This document shows, piece after piece, positions 46,512 to 60,984 of a DNA stretch of 64,000 nt. The stretch is from an uncultured delta proteobacterium. Its GTDB lineage: Bacteria > Desulfobacterota > BSN033 > UBA1163. The DNA is taken from the NCBI GenBank assembly GCA_963827685.1, contig CAWHBU010000002.1, forward strand, positions 768,001-832,000, in the 5' to 3' direction. A model generated the notes under the pieces. That model did not search any database and was not told where the DNA came from. It worked only from the letters and a program-made list of their open reading frames with translations. Numbering within the stretch: position 1 is the first letter of the stretch; each line of letters starts with the position of its first letter. The translations under genes were made by a program, and so were the position numbers.

Positions 46512-48263
46512 TCATTTCCTTTTGAACTGTTTTTTTAATTCATCCAAAGGGAGGACAAAAAAGATGGGGCGCCCATGAGGACAGGTAGCAGAAGGATGGA
46601 AGGTAATAAGATTCTCCATCAATTTGTCTATCTCTTCTTTTTTCAATAAAAGGTTCCCCCGTACGGCAGAATGACAAGCCAACGTGACCAAAAGGGTATG
46701 AATCGTCTCCTCCCCCTTCCCTTGTCTTTCTAAAAGAGAGAGCTCATCCAATATCCCCCTAACGATTTCTTTCGGATCCTTTTCATCAATCAAAGACGGG
46801 ATCGATCGAATAGCAAATAGCTTTTCACCAACAGGCTCGATTTCGAATCCAATTCCCTTCAATGCCTCCCCAGCCGATTCGAGAATATACGATTCCTCTA
46901 CAGACAACTCGATCAAAATGGGAAGAAGTAATTTTTCTGAAATCATCGACCTATTTTCATACTCTTTTTTAAATTTTTCAAAAAGAATTCTCTCATGAGC
47001 GGCATGTTGGTCAATAAAGATTAAACTCTCCTTTCCTTCGCAGAGAATATAGGTCCCCTGGATTTGTCCAAGAACGGTATAGGGCCATTTTTTCTCGGCT
47101 TTCCATGAAATTCCTCCCGCATCCTGAACCAAGAGCATTCCTTCTTCTTTTCCGCTCATCAAGAAGGAAGGGGGAGATGAAGTTTCTTGACCAAAAAAAG
47201 AGGGCTGAGCCCTCCTTTGAAAAACCTCTTTTCTTCCCGTCCCTCCTGGAGCCATTTCTTCGAACCGGGAGGGACCTTCTTCAAGCACCATCCGAATGGC
47301 AGCGAAAACAGCCTGGTACACTCTATCGGGATCCCTAAATTTCACCTCGGCCTTGGTCGGGTGAACATTCACATCGACCGCAGAAGGAGGAAGGGTGATG
47401 AAGAGGATGACGACAGGGAATTCATTGCCGGGAAGGATATGGCGATAGGCATCTAAAACGGCTTTATAAACCATCCGGTCCTTGATAAAGCGCTGGTTGA
47501 CATAGAAATAAATACCCTCGGGATTTTTTTTCGAAAAGGACGGAAGACTGGCAAACCCCGAGACCCTGATTCCCTCCTCTTCGAATTCAATCGGCTGGAG
47601 ATGACGATAAATCTCTTTTCCAAAAATAGCTTCGATTCGAACCAAAGGGGATTCTGTTTTGAGATGTTCATGGAGGGTCCGGCCGTCATGAATGAACTTA
47701 AACGAAATCGTGGGGTGAGAAAGACTCAATCGGAGAAAGTGATTTAAAGCAAGGCGAAGTTCCGAACGGATCGATTTCAAAAATTTTCTTTTTACCGGAA
47801 TATTGTAGAAAAGATCTCTGACTTCCACTTCAGTCCCAATAGGACAACCTATCTCCGAGATACTCTTCATCTCACCCCCTTCACAGATCGCTTTCGTTCC
47901 GCTGAGAGAATCATGTGCCTTTGTCTGAAGGGTCATTTTAGAAACTTGGGAAATGCTCGGAAGAGCCTCTCCTCTGAATCCTAATGTGTGAATGGCGTAA
48001 AGATCCTCCGCTTTCTTAATCTTGCTGGTGGCGTATCTTTGGAAGGCTAACGGAACATCCTCCTGATCCATCCCCTCCCCGCGATCCGCCACTCGAATCA
48101 GTTGGAGCCCTCCGGCCTTTAACTCGACGGTGATTTCTGAACTCCCAGCATCGATGGCGTTCTCCATCAGCTCTTTCACAACGGAAGCGGGTCTTTCAAT
48201 CACCTCCCCCGCGGCGATGACCTGTGAAATGGATTCTGGCAAAATCTCAATTCTTCTCGGCAT
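46512..48263 (-). CDS. mutL: DNA mismatch repair endonuclease MutL
   Basis: IAAGEVIERP, GFRGEAL, VDVNVHPTK, DQHAAHER, ACH, CPHGRP. Confidence 0.97.
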   Translation of the reverse strand: MPRRIEILPESISQVIAAGEVIERPASVVKELMENAIDAGSSEITVELKAGGLQLIRVADRGEGMDQEDVPLAFQRYATSKIKKAEDLYAIHTLGFRGEALPSISQVSKMTLQTKAHDSLSGTKAICEGGEMKSISEIGCPIGTEVEVRDLFYNIPVKRKFLKSIRSELRLALNHFLRLSLSHPTISFKFIHDGRTLHEHLKTESPLVRIEAIFGKEIYRHLQPIEFEEEGIRVSGFASLPSFSKKNPEGIYFYVNQRFIKDRMVYKAVLDAYRHILPGNEFPVVILFITLPPSAVDVNVHPTKAEVKFRDPDRVYQAVFAAIRMVLEEGPSRFEEMAPGGTGRKEVFQRRAQPSFFGQETSSPPSFLMSGKEEGMLLVQDAGGISWKAEKKWPYTVLGQIQGTYILCEGKESLIFIDQHAAHERILFEKFKKEYENRSMISEKLLLPILIELSVEESYILESAGEALKGIGFEIEPVGEKLFAIRSIPSLIDEKDPKEIVRGILDELSLLERQGKGEETIHTLLVTLACHSAVRGNLLLKKEEIDKLMENLITFHPSATCPHGRPIFFVLPLDELKKQFKRK

Positions 48264-48362
48264 CGTCTTTTCGATTTAGAAAAGTTGCAAGGAAAATAGT
48301 TTTGGGATTCAGGAATAAATCCAGGTATCTAAGACTTATCTTTTGATTCCACACTCGACCTT

Positions 48363-49333
48363 CTAACCTCTCCCGTCATCCATGAAGGCACCCATTCTTC
48401 TAAACTTTTCATATCGGAGGTTCAATAATTCCTCCGTGCTCATTCTTTCCAATTCCTTCAAGTGTCGCTCTATGACCTCTTTCAAAGTTTCTGCCATCCC
48501 CTGTGGGTCTCGATGAGCTCCCCCAAGGGTTCTCTGACAATCTCATCGATCACGCCCAATCGAAATAAATCGGCAGCGGTCAGTTTCAACGAATCTGCGG
48601 CGGCTTCCTTTCCTTTCTCCCCATCTTTCCAAAGGATTGCTGCACATCCCTCTGGAGAAATTACGGAATAGATCGAGTGCTCTAACATCAAGATTCGATC
48701 TCCCACACCAATGCCCAAGGCCCCTCCACTTCCGCCTTCTCCAATGACCACGGCGATGATCGGTGTCCGGAGCATGGCCATCATTTCAAGATTTCTCGCA
48801 ATGGCCTCTGCCTGACCTCTCTCTTCAGCACCCACTCCGGGGAAGGCACCGGGCGTATCGATCATTGTCAAGACGGGTTTGTTAAACGTCTCCGCCATTT
48901 TCATTAACCTCAGGGCTTTGCGATATCCTTCGGGATGAGGCATCCCGAAATTCCGATAGGCCATCTCATTTGCATCCGCTCCCTTTTGATGAGCGATGAT
49001 GGTCACCGCCCTTCCATTAAACTTAGCCATTCCTCCGAGAATCGCGGGATCGTCTCCATAGCTTCGATCTCCATGAAGTTCAACAAAACTGTCAAACGTC
49101 CATCGGACATAATGAGAGGCTTTGGGTCGATCAATATGCCTCGCTAACTGGGTAACTTGCCACCCCGTTAAGTTGGAAAATATTTCTTTTTGCAAACGGT
49201 GGAGTTTTTCTTCCAAGCTTCCTAATTGTTCGTTGAAATGGCTGGGTTTTCCCCTGGAAAACCTTTTCAGGTTTTCAATCTCTCTTTCCAATTCAATGAG
49301 GGGTTTTTCAAATTCTAAGTAATGCTTTACCAT
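48363..49333 (-). CDS. accA: Acetyl-CoA carboxylase carboxyltransferase alpha; apparent 1-nt deletion in the G-run at 48520-48524
   Basis: [31 protein letters not shown]; adding one G restores EPLGGAHRD...RYEKFRRMG to TAG at 48363. Confidence 0.93.
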
Positions 49334-49345
49334 CTCGTTCTCTGT

Positions 49346-52300
49346 CTATTCAAAAGAAATGAGAGAAGATTTAAAAAGATTTTGAATATGGTTTTTAAAA
49401 TGCTGAGTCGGATCGACCGTATATCGATCGGACAGAGCCACAACGGTCTCCCGCTCATTTCCAGCAATAAAGTGAAGAAGGACTTTAGACGATCCGCGGT
49501 TTGCTACAACAACCTCTTTTAAACCTGCAAGTTGGGAGGAGGTTAATGAGGAGAGTGGAATTTTCAGATGTAAAGGTTTGCCCGGAGCAAAGGTTAATTC
49601 TGAAAGAGAAGAGACTCCCGTGCCCTTTATTTTGATGTGTTCCTCGGATAGATCGAGTGTTCCCTTGACGAGAAGTGGGTCTCCTCCTCTCAAACAGGGC
49701 AGCGCCGCCCTAAAAACCTCGGGGAAAAGAATGACCTCCACAAATCCTTTCATGTCCTCCAGAGTCAAGAAAGCCATCCGATCTCCCTTCTTAGTAACGA
49801 TCTCTTTCAATCCGCTGACAAGGCCGCAGATTTTAACCTCGACCCCATTCTCAAGCTTTGAGAGAGTGGAAGTATCCAAGTCAGTATGTTTTTTGATCTC
49901 TTCCTGGTAGCGTGACAAGGGATGCCGAGAGATATAAAATCCGATCGTTTCCTTCTCAAAGGCGATCAGTTGATTTTCTGGGAATTCATCGATGTCCGCA
50001 TAGTCTTCCTTTGATTCCCCGGAGTGATCAATTAACATGCTCAGTTGAGGTTCCCCTTTCTTCTTCTGTGCCGATTGGGATTGTTCCAGGATCTCTCCAA
50101 GAGCGGTCAACATCTGAGATCGGTACGCTTTCGAGAAGTCAAAGGCTCCGCATTTAATAAGACTTTCGACCACTCGTCGATTCACTTTTCTTAAATCGAC
50201 GCGATGACAGAAATCGTACAAGGATTTAAATTTTCCATCGCCTTTTCGTTCTGACAGGATGATGTCAATAGCCGCATCCCCGACATTTTTTACGGCTGTC
50301 AAACCGAACCGGATCTGATTCCCAATGACCGCAAAATGTTTAAAACTTTCATTGATATCCGGGGGCAAGATTTCAATTTTCATCTCCCGACATTCGGATA
50401 TATACTTTACAATCTTATCCGCATTCTGCGCCTCACTCGTGAGCAAGGCAGCCATGAATTCGATCGGGTAATGAGTCTTCAGATAGGCAGTGTGATAAGC
50501 GAGCAGGGCATAGGCAGTGCTGTGGGATTTGTTGAAACCGTACCGACCGAAGGTCTCCATCTGTTCAAAAATCTTCTCCGCTTTCTTAACAGGAATCCTG
50601 TTCTTCTTGGCCCCTTCAAGAAACTTCTCTTTCTGCCTTTCCATTTCCAAGGCGTCTTTCTTGGACATCGCTCTCCGCAGATTATCTGCATCTTCGAGGC
50701 TAAAATTGGCCAAGGCGCTGGCAATGCGCATCACCTGCTCCTGATAGACAATTACCCCATAAGTATCTTTTAGGATCTCTTCCAAGGCTGGGAGTTCATA
50801 CCTTATCAATTCTTGGCCATGTTTTCGTTTGATAAACTCACCCACCATACCACTATCCAGAGGGCCCGGGCGATAAAGGGCAACTAAGGCAATGATGTCT
50901 TTGAAACTCTGTGGCTTGAGTTTAGTTAAGAGGTCACGCATCCCTGAACTTTCCAGTTGGAAAATGCCTAGGTTTGAACCAGCTCCGAGAAGGGCATAGA
51001 CTTCCGAATCATCCAACGGGATTTCAGACAGTTCAAGTTTAATGCTTCGATCCTTTTCAATTAGTTGAATCGTCTGGTCTACCACGGTCAGAGTCTTGAG
51101 TCCCAGAAAATCGAATTTGACCAAACCGATAGATTCAACCTGCTTCATGGCATACTGGGTCATCACTTCATTGTTCTGGCCCCGCTGGAGTGGAAGATAC
51201 TCCGTTAAAGGCTTATTGGCAATCACGACTCCAGCCGCATGGGTAGAGGCATGACGTGCCAAACCCTCTAAGGATTTCGCAATTTCAAACAGGGAAGCGA
51301 TTCGGGCATCCTTTGCAACCGCCTCTCTCAAGCTCGGCTCCTGCTGTAAGGCTTGGTCAAGGGTAATATCGAGTTTGTTCGGTATGAGTTTTGCAATACG
51401 ATCTACTTCTGCATAGGGAATCCCAAGGACACGGCCCACATCCCGAACGACAGCTTTCGCTTGCATCTTTCCGAAGGTGATGATCTGAGCCACATTCTCT
51501 TTCCCATACTTCTCCGATACATAGTGAATGACCTCATCCCTTCCTTCCATGCAAAAATCAACATCCACATCGGGCATGCTGTTCTTTCTTCCCGGGTTCA
51601 GAAATCTCTCAAAGATCAGATCATATTCGATCGGATCCAGGTCTGTAATGTTTAAGGCGTAAGCCACCAAACTTCCAGCTGCCGATCCCCTTCCAGGGCC
51701 GACAGGAATCTTATGGCTTTTGGCATAGTGGATAAAATCATAAACGATTAGAAAGTAACCGGGATAGCCCATCGATTTGATGATCTTGAGCTCTTCCTCA
51801 AGTCGGGCCTTATAACGGGCACAACGATCCTTGAAATCCTTCTCTCCTTGATGTCGGGAAAGCCGTCGCTCTAATCCTTCCTTGGCGAGTTTATCTAAGT
51901 AACTTTCAGCTGTTTCCCCAGCCGGGACAGCGATTCTTGGAATATGCTTCTCATCAAAACGCATCTCAAGATTGCATCGTTCCGTGATTTCAACCGTATG
52001 ATTGATCGCCTCCGGAATATTTTGGAAGAGATCGGCCATTTCTTGAGGCGATTTAAAATAAAATTCATCGGATGAAAATCTCATTCGATCGCTATCTTGG
52101 AGCGTTTTCCCGGTTTGAATGCAGAGGAGAACTTCTTGAGCCTTGGCATCCTTTCGATGGAGGTAGTGGCAATCATTCGTCGCGACCACAGGAAGAGAGA
52201 GTTGATGCCCAATCTCCAAGAGTCGCTCATTCACCTGCAGCTGGTTTTCCACGCCGTTGTTTTGAATTTCAACAAAAAATCGCCGGTCGTTAAAAATCTT

Positions 52301-52798
52301 GCGATAATCTTCGGCGGATTGTAAGGCTTTCTTCATCTCTCCCCGGCTGGCATGGGTGGCTATCTCTCCCTTCATACAACCACTCAGGGCAATCAATCCA
52401 TCGTTGTATTGGCTGAGAAGTTTCTTGTCAACCCTTGGCTTATAATAAAATCCTTCAAGATGGGCGAGGCTCACCAATTTCAGTAGATTGAAATAGCCAG
52501 TCTCATTCTTCACCAAGAGGGTGAGATGATAGTTCCCCTCCCCTCCTTCTCCCATTTTTTTCTCAAACCGGCTTCCTGGAGAAACATAAATCTCACATCC
52601 CACGATGGGTTTGATGCCATGTTTGATTGCCATTTGATAAAATTCGACAACGCCAAACATATTCCCGTGATCGGTCAGTGCCATAGCATCCATTCGATAT
52701 TTTTTCGCTAAATCGAAGGCCTCTTCAAATCGAATGGCCCCGTCCAACAAGCTATATTGGCTGTGGACATGGAGATGGATGAAATGAGAGGGTTGCAT
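49346..52798 (-). CDS. dnaE: DNA polymerase III alpha subunit
   Basis: HLHVHSQYSLLDG, GPGRGSAAGS, PDVDVDF, KFDFLGL, YGFNKSH; start 52798 preferred over 52870. Confidence 0.97.
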   Translation of the reverse strand: MQPSHFIHLHVHSQYSLLDGAIRFEEAFDLAKKYRMDAMALTDHGNMFGVVEFYQMAIKHGIKPIVGCEIYVSPGSRFEKKMGEGGEGNYHLTLLVKNETGYFNLLKLVSLAHLEGFYYKPRVDKKLLSQYNDGLIALSGCMKGEIATHASRGEMKKALQSAEDYRKIFNDRRFFVEIQNNGVENQLQVNERLLEIGHQLSLPVVATNDCHYLHRKDAKAQEVLLCIQTGKTLQDSDRMRFSSDEFYFKSPQEMADLFQNIPEAINHTVEITERCNLEMRFDEKHIPRIAVPAGETAESYLDKLAKEGLERRLSRHQGEKDFKDRCARYKARLEEELKIIKSMGYPGYFLIVYDFIHYAKSHKIPVGPGRGSAAGSLVAYALNITDLDPIEYDLIFERFLNPGRKNSMPDVDVDFCMEGRDEVIHYVSEKYGKENVAQIITFGKMQAKAVVRDVGRVLGIPYAEVDRIAKLIPNKLDITLDQALQQEPSLREAVAKDARIASLFEIAKSLEGLARHASTHAAGVVIANKPLTEYLPLQRGQNNEVMTQYAMKQVESIGLVKFDFLGLKTLTVVDQTIQLIEKDRSIKLELSEIPLDDSEVYALLGAGSNLGIFQLESSGMRDLLTKLKPQSFKDIIALVALYRPGPLDSGMVGEFIKRKHGQELIRYELPALEEILKDTYGVIVYQEQVMRIASALANFSLEDADNLRRAMSKKDALEMERQKEKFLEGAKKNRIPVKKAEKIFEQMETFGRYGFNKSHSTAYALLAYHTAYLKTHYPIEFMAALLTSEAQNADKIVKYISECREMKIEILPPDINESFKHFAVIGNQIRFGLTAVKNVGDAAIDIILSERKGDGKFKSLYDFCHRVDLRKVNRRVVESLIKCGAFDFSKAYRSQMLTALGEILEQSQSAQKKKGEPQLSMLIDHSGESKEDYADIDEFPENQLIAFEKETIGFYISRHPLSRYQEEIKKHTDLDTSTLSKLENGVEVKICGLVSGLKEIVTKKGDRMAFLTLEDMKGFVEVILFPEVFRAALPCLRGGDPLLVKGTLDLSEEHIKIKGTGVSSLSELTFAPGKPLHLKIPLSSLTSSQLAGLKEVVVANRGSSKVLLHFIAGNERETVVALSDRYTVDPTQHFKNHIQNLFKSSLISFE

Positions 52799-52854
52799 GG
52801 ATACCTGAATACCTTTTTCTATTAACGTTTCTAACGAATCTTGGGGATGCTTAA

Positions 52855-52965
52855 CAATGTCAAATGTCAAAGCTCAAATGTCAAGTCAAATCCAAAGCCC
52901 AAATATTAGAAATTCTTAATTGTGAACTTTGACATTCATTTGACATTTGAATTTTGAAATTTGGG
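52855..52965. repeat. Inverted heptamer arrays (CAAATGT-like / ATTTGAC-like) between guaA and dnaE
   Basis: caaatgt caaagct caaatgt ... caaagcc caaat | tttgacattc atttgac atttgaa ttttgaa atttggg. Confidence 0.8.
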
Positions 52966-52977
52966 TTTTCCCCCCAT

Positions 52978-54537
52978 TCATTCCCATTCGATCGTGCTGG
53001 GGGGCTTGGAGCTAATATCATAGACAACCCTGTTGACACCTTTCACCTCGTTAATAATACGATTGGAAAGACGTTCTAAGATTTTATAAGGCAGTCTGAC
53101 CCAATCCGCCGTCATCCCGTCCTGGCTCCCCACCACCCTTAAGGCTATCACGTTTTCATATGTCCTTTCGTCCCCCATCACGCCCACGGTCTTCACCGGA
53201 AGTAACACTGCAAAAGATTGCCAAATCCGATCCATAAAATGGTCTTTCCCCATCTCTGTCATGACAATCTCATCGGCTGCTCTTAAGATTTCTAACCTCT
53301 CCTTGTTCACTTCCCCGATAATCCGGATGGCAAGGCCTGGTCCTGGAAACGGTTGCCGTTTTATGATTTCATCGGGGAGTCCTAATACCTTCCCCAGTTG
53401 TCTGACTTCGTCTTTAAACAATTCTCGAAGAGGCTCTACTAACCTTAATTTCATCTTCTCGGGCAACCCCCCAACATTGTGGTGGCTCTTGATCATTGCC
53501 GAAGGGCCTCTTGAGGAAACGCTTTCGATCACATCGGGATACAGGGTTCCTTGGGCTAAGTATTCAACCCTTCCATTCTTTTTGGCTTCCCTTTCAAAGA
53601 TGGAAATAAATTTCTTTCCAATCCTTTTTCTTTTATCTTCTGGATCGATCACCCCATCCAATTCTTTCAGGAAGGCATTTTCTGCTTTGACGTAGATTAA
53701 CGGTATTCTAAAATGATGACGAAATAAATTCACTACCTGGGAGGCCTCATTTTTCCTCAATAAACCGTTATTCACAAAGATACATTGCAGACGATCACCG
53801 ATTGCTTCGTGGAGAAGAAGAGCCACCACCGTGGAATCAACCCCACCGCTTAGAGCGCATAGGACTTTACGCTTCCCAATTCTTTTTTTCAGGTCACGGC
53901 TGGTCTGTTTCAAAAAAGACTCCATCGTCCAAAGGTTGGAACATCCACAAACATGAAAAAGAAAGTTTTTAATGAGTTCCAGTCCCCTCTGGGTATGAAC
54001 CACCTCGGGATGGAACTGGAGCCCATAAATTCTTCTTTGAGTTTCTTCAATCGCTGCAAAAGGGGTATTCTTCGAATGGGCGATGGCATGGAATCCTGGA
54101 GGCAATATCTTGACCTGATCCCCATGGCTCATCCAAACCACCAGTTGGCCCCCTCTTCTTCCCAAGCCCTTGAATAGTTTTCCATCCCGTTCCAGAGTCA
54201 ACCTGGCTTTTCCGTACTCCCTTTTTTCCGAATGGGTGACCTCTCCTCCCAATAATTGTGCGATCAATTGCATGCCATAACAAATGCCTAAAACCGGGAT
54301 GCCCGACTTGAGGACGGCGGGATCGCAGAAGGGGGCATTCTTCTGATAGACACTTGCTGGCCCTCCAGATAAGATGATCCCCTTGGGGGATAAGGATTTC
54401 ACCCTGTTCATGGGAATGTCATAGGGATGAATTTCACTATAAATCTGGCACTCCCTCACCCTTCGGGCGATCAGTTGGGTATACTGGGAGCCGAAATCGA
54501 GGATGAGAATCTTATCAAAAAAAGCCTGCCTCTTCAT
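52978..54537 (-). CDS. guaA: GMP synthase (glutamine-hydrolysing)
   Basis: [48 protein letters not shown]. Confidence 0.98.
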   Translation of the reverse strand: MKRQAFFDKILILDFGSQYTQLIARRVRECQIYSEIHPYDIPMNRVKSLSPKGIILSGGPASVYQKNAPFCDPAVLKSGIPVLGICYGMQLIAQLLGGEVTHSEKREYGKARLTLERDGKLFKGLGRRGGQLVVWMSHGDQVKILPPGFHAIAHSKNTPFAAIEETQRRIYGLQFHPEVVHTQRGLELIKNFLFHVCGCSNLWTMESFLKQTSRDLKKRIGKRKVLCALSGGVDSTVVALLLHEAIGDRLQCIFVNNGLLRKNEASQVVNLFRHHFRIPLIYVKAENAFLKELDGVIDPEDKRKRIGKKFISIFEREAKKNGRVEYLAQGTLYPDVIESVSSRGPSAMIKSHHNVGGLPEKMKLRLVEPLRELFKDEVRQLGKVLGLPDEIIKRQPFPGPGLAIRIIGEVNKERLEILRAADEIVMTEMGKDHFMDRIWQSFAVLLPVKTVGVMGDERTYENVIALRVVGSQDGMTADWVRLPYKILERLSNRIINEVKGVNRVVYDISSKPPSTIEWE

Positions 54538-54596
54538 TTTTTCTATATCCGGATCAGAGAATGCCGAGGGAGAAGATAAACGGAATGGATATACTT

Positions 54597-55709
54597 TCAG
54601 TGCTTCAAGAAATATTTTTCGTCCTTTAATTCGTATTGATAGGAGACCCCTTTCCGATAAAAAAGGTCACTTTTCTTCAAAAGTTTTGCTGAAATCAATT
54701 CTTCAAGGCGCGAAGGATAGTAACCCTTTTCTAAATAATAGATTTCTAATGCATTCTTGATTCGATCGAGTTGTGTCTTGTGGACCAAATGCATGGGGAT
54801 CTCAATATCCACTCGATCTATCTTTGACTCCCACAAATGCTGTAAAAAACTGGGTTTGAAATAGATCAGAACGAGAAAGATAAAAACTAAAAAGGCACCA
54901 TAGTAGACATAGGTCAACGCTGCCCTGAAATTGAACATGCTTACCTTCTTGATCAGACTGGGAGTTCGAACCCCCGCCATTTCGATCAGCCCCATTTCCG
55001 AGAGGTCTACCAAAATTTCACTGGCATTGAATTTTCCCAAAAGGCTTCGATCAATAATGTCCTGAACCGTTTTGGTCCCATCTACTAAGTTGTAAACCAA
55101 TTCCTGCTCAGAGGTTAGCTTCTCTTTTAGGTAACTTTGAGAAGGGAGTCCACTGATAGACCTCTCTTCAAGCCTAAGAACCCTTTTGAATACCAGATGG
55201 GGTGAGAAAATCTTCTTCTCAATCTCGGACCACTCATCCACCATCCGCAGGATATTCAATAACACCTGCTCCGTGCTCAGGGCAAAGGGGATTTTCTTAT
55301 AACTTTCCACCAATTTTAGATCAAAGTTGAAGTGGCCATCCTCCCACCAAAAAAGGTCGTAAATCGTTTCATAGATCTGCGTTGAAATCACCTTGAGCAC
55401 ATCGTCCTTAGTCAGGAGTTGGAGCTCCACCAGAATCTCTCCTAAGTATTTGAGCGTATCTTTTTGAATTTTCAAAACCCGCTCCAACTGTTCTTCAGAG
55501 ATCAGTTCGGCCTTCACCAATATCTCACCGATGAGATCCTTCTTCCCACGATAATTCGAATAGACGTGAACAATCATCCCATCCACAAAATGGATCTCCA
55601 CGAGATCTTTCCCCCGCCGAATTCTTAGGATGCCCGTTTTGAGTTGCTGGCCGATCAGCTGAATGATCTCGGTAATGCTGAAGTCTTTTAAAGTTCCCTG
55701 CAGGGCCAT
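54597..55709 (-). CDS. DUF4388 (PatA-N-like) protein with MshEN-like repeats and a C-terminal TM
   Basis: [19 protein letters not shown]...KTGIL; LIGEILV...QLERVLKIQ...LGEILV; C-terminal [19 protein letters not shown]. Confidence 0.78.
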   Translation of the reverse strand: MALQGTLKDFSITEIIQLIGQQLKTGILRIRRGKDLVEIHFVDGMIVHVYSNYRGKKDLIGEILVKAELISEEQLERVLKIQKDTLKYLGEILVELQLLTKDDVLKVISTQIYETIYDLFWWEDGHFNFDLKLVESYKKIPFALSTEQVLLNILRMVDEWSEIEKKIFSPHLVFKRVLRLEERSISGLPSQSYLKEKLTSEQELVYNLVDGTKTVQDIIDRSLLGKFNASEILVDLSEMGLIEMAGVRTPSLIKKVSMFNFRAALTYVYYGAFLVFIFLVLIYFKPSFLQHLWESKIDRVDIEIPMHLVHKTQLDRIKNALEIYYLEKGYYPSRLEELISAKLLKKSDLFYRKGVSYQYELKDEKYFLKH

Positions 55710-55755
55710 GGCCTTCCTCTTTTAGTTTTCATTCGCTCGTGAAACAGGATTCTCA

Positions 55756-57709
55756 TCATCGCATAGATGGTTTCTTACTACTGGAGAAAGTCTTCGTATG
55801 GCCTCCCGATCGCTCACCTTCCATATCGAAATTTGATTCAAGCCGATGGAGCTGTCGAACGGAGAAGATATAGAACATCGCAAACAGCCCTCCCCAGAGA
55901 ATCCATCTCCAGACATTGGAGGACAGTTGAGGGAGAGAAGAAGGGATCACTCCATTCCAATAGACAAATCTTAAAATGAAAATAAAAAAGACAAAGAGGA
56001 AAAAGAGCCCTCTGAGGATTTGCTCCCTCCATAGGTTACCGAACCCGACCAAAAAGAAGGAAAGACATCTGCTAATCAAATGATTCTGTTTTTGAAATTG
56101 GCGAACTTGAAAAGATTTCTTCTCGACAATCTTGGGGTGAAGCTTTTCCTTCTGGATGAAAATACGATAGCAATTGAAACAAATAAATTCCTGGTCGGAA
56201 GTCCCTAAATAGAACCGGTAGGTCGGACTGCCGCACATAGGGCATCGGGTCAAAAACCGTTTCGCCCGGCAATATCTGGCCATGCCTATTAAGAACCCCA
56301 AGAATAAGATGGGCGTCAAAAAGGGAACTCTCGACGGAATTCTTTCGAACCAAGCCTTAAAAAGGCGGAACAAAAATCCTTCTTTTCCAATGAACTGATC
56401 CAGAAACCTCTTCCAGAGCATGTGGGGCGTTAGGACCTCGTCGATCACCAGTCGATTGAGGTTGGGGGAATCGATCGTCATGTAGTATCTTACGAGCAGG
56501 GGGTCTAACTGTTGTGCTTTTTGTAAGGCTCGATCAACTTTTCCGGAAAGGAAGGACTCTTGAGAATAGGCCCGATGAAGGTTGTAGTAATAAGCTCCTT
56601 GATTGGGATTCAAATCAGTGGCTTGTTGATAAAAACCGATGGCCAAGGCAGTCTGTTTTTGAGCCAGGTAGACATTTCCCAGATTGGAAAAGGCTTCGCT
56701 GAATTTGGGATCCAGCTGAATCGCCCTTCGGTAAAATTCTTCCGCCTCGGGATAGTGGCCTTGCCTCTTTTCTGCCAATCCGAGAGAGAAAGCAACTTCG
56801 GGGTCATTGGGATGGGTCACTAACCAGGCCCGCATTTTTTCTTCTGTTGCCTTTCCCCAGTCTTCATGATTCGTCTGATTCATTTCCAAAATGATATCGG
56901 ATGCCCCCCCGTCTACAAAAGAAGAGAAGGAACGAAGGAAAAAGGGAAAGTAGACTAAAACGATGAGAAAGACGAGAATGAATTGTTTTTCCCTTTTCGT
57001 TACATACCCCCACAATAAAACGGACCAAAAGAAAAGAGCCCAGAGCATGTCCAAACGCAGGAAGAAGGGAATGAAGAAAATAAAAATCTTGAGGCTGTTG
57101 ATGAGAAGCCCTGAAATCTCTTGGGTCACATTTTTTCGGATGTCATAGAAAAAGAGAGGGAAATATTTAATCATGAGGACGATGCTGAAAATAATAAACG
57201 TCATGAGGATGGCATTGGAGAGAATATAGAACACGTTATAAAAAAGCTTAAGGGAAGTGGGATAATATTGAAATTGTACGGCCGCTCCTTTGAACACCTC
57301 AGGAAGGATTTTATGGAGCTGAAGAAAGTTTTGATGCCAGAGGGGCTCGTGCCAATTCAAAATAGGGCTGTGGCAGATCGGGCGAAAATGTTATAGAGTA
57401 AAGCGCCATCTGGATGGCTTGATCAGCGTCCCCCTTCCGTCTCGCCTGCTCGGATTCTCGCATCAGTAGGAGAGAAAGGATCGGAACGTTTCGAATCCCT
57501 TTGTCCAATTTCAATTGGTAGAGTTGATCCAGCTCTTGCTGGCTCAGAGAGGTACTTTTTTTAAGATCCCATACTCGATCGGTCGAAGATGGACTCTCAA
57601 CAGAAAAGAATTCTTTAGAGAAAGGGAGAGTTTCCTTTCTCGTGAGCACCCCCATGTAATAAAGCAGAGAAAGAATTAGAATGATCGATATCAAAATGGC
57701 TTTCTTCAT
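55756..57709 (-). CDS. Membrane TPR protein with CxxC...CxxC motif; split by an apparent 1-nt insertion at 57342-57345
   Basis: ORFs 57311-57709 and 55756-57360 join as PYFELARA-LWHQN if one C is removed; TPRs (AFSNLGNVY), CPMCG...CFNC, several TMs. Confidence 0.75.
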
Positions 57710-57736
57710 GAAACAATCATTCTCACGAGAGCCGGC

Positions 57737-60926
<3,190 letters not shown>

Positions 60927-60949
60927 TTATTCCTCCTTAATTTCTTTCA

Positions 60950-60978
60950 ATATTAATATGCCGCGCCAACGAAGTCAA
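60950..60978 (-). promoter_or_regulatory. Sigma-70-type promoter for hflX
   Basis: TTGACT-N17-TAATAT. Confidence 0.6.
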
Positions 60979-60984
60979 GTATTT

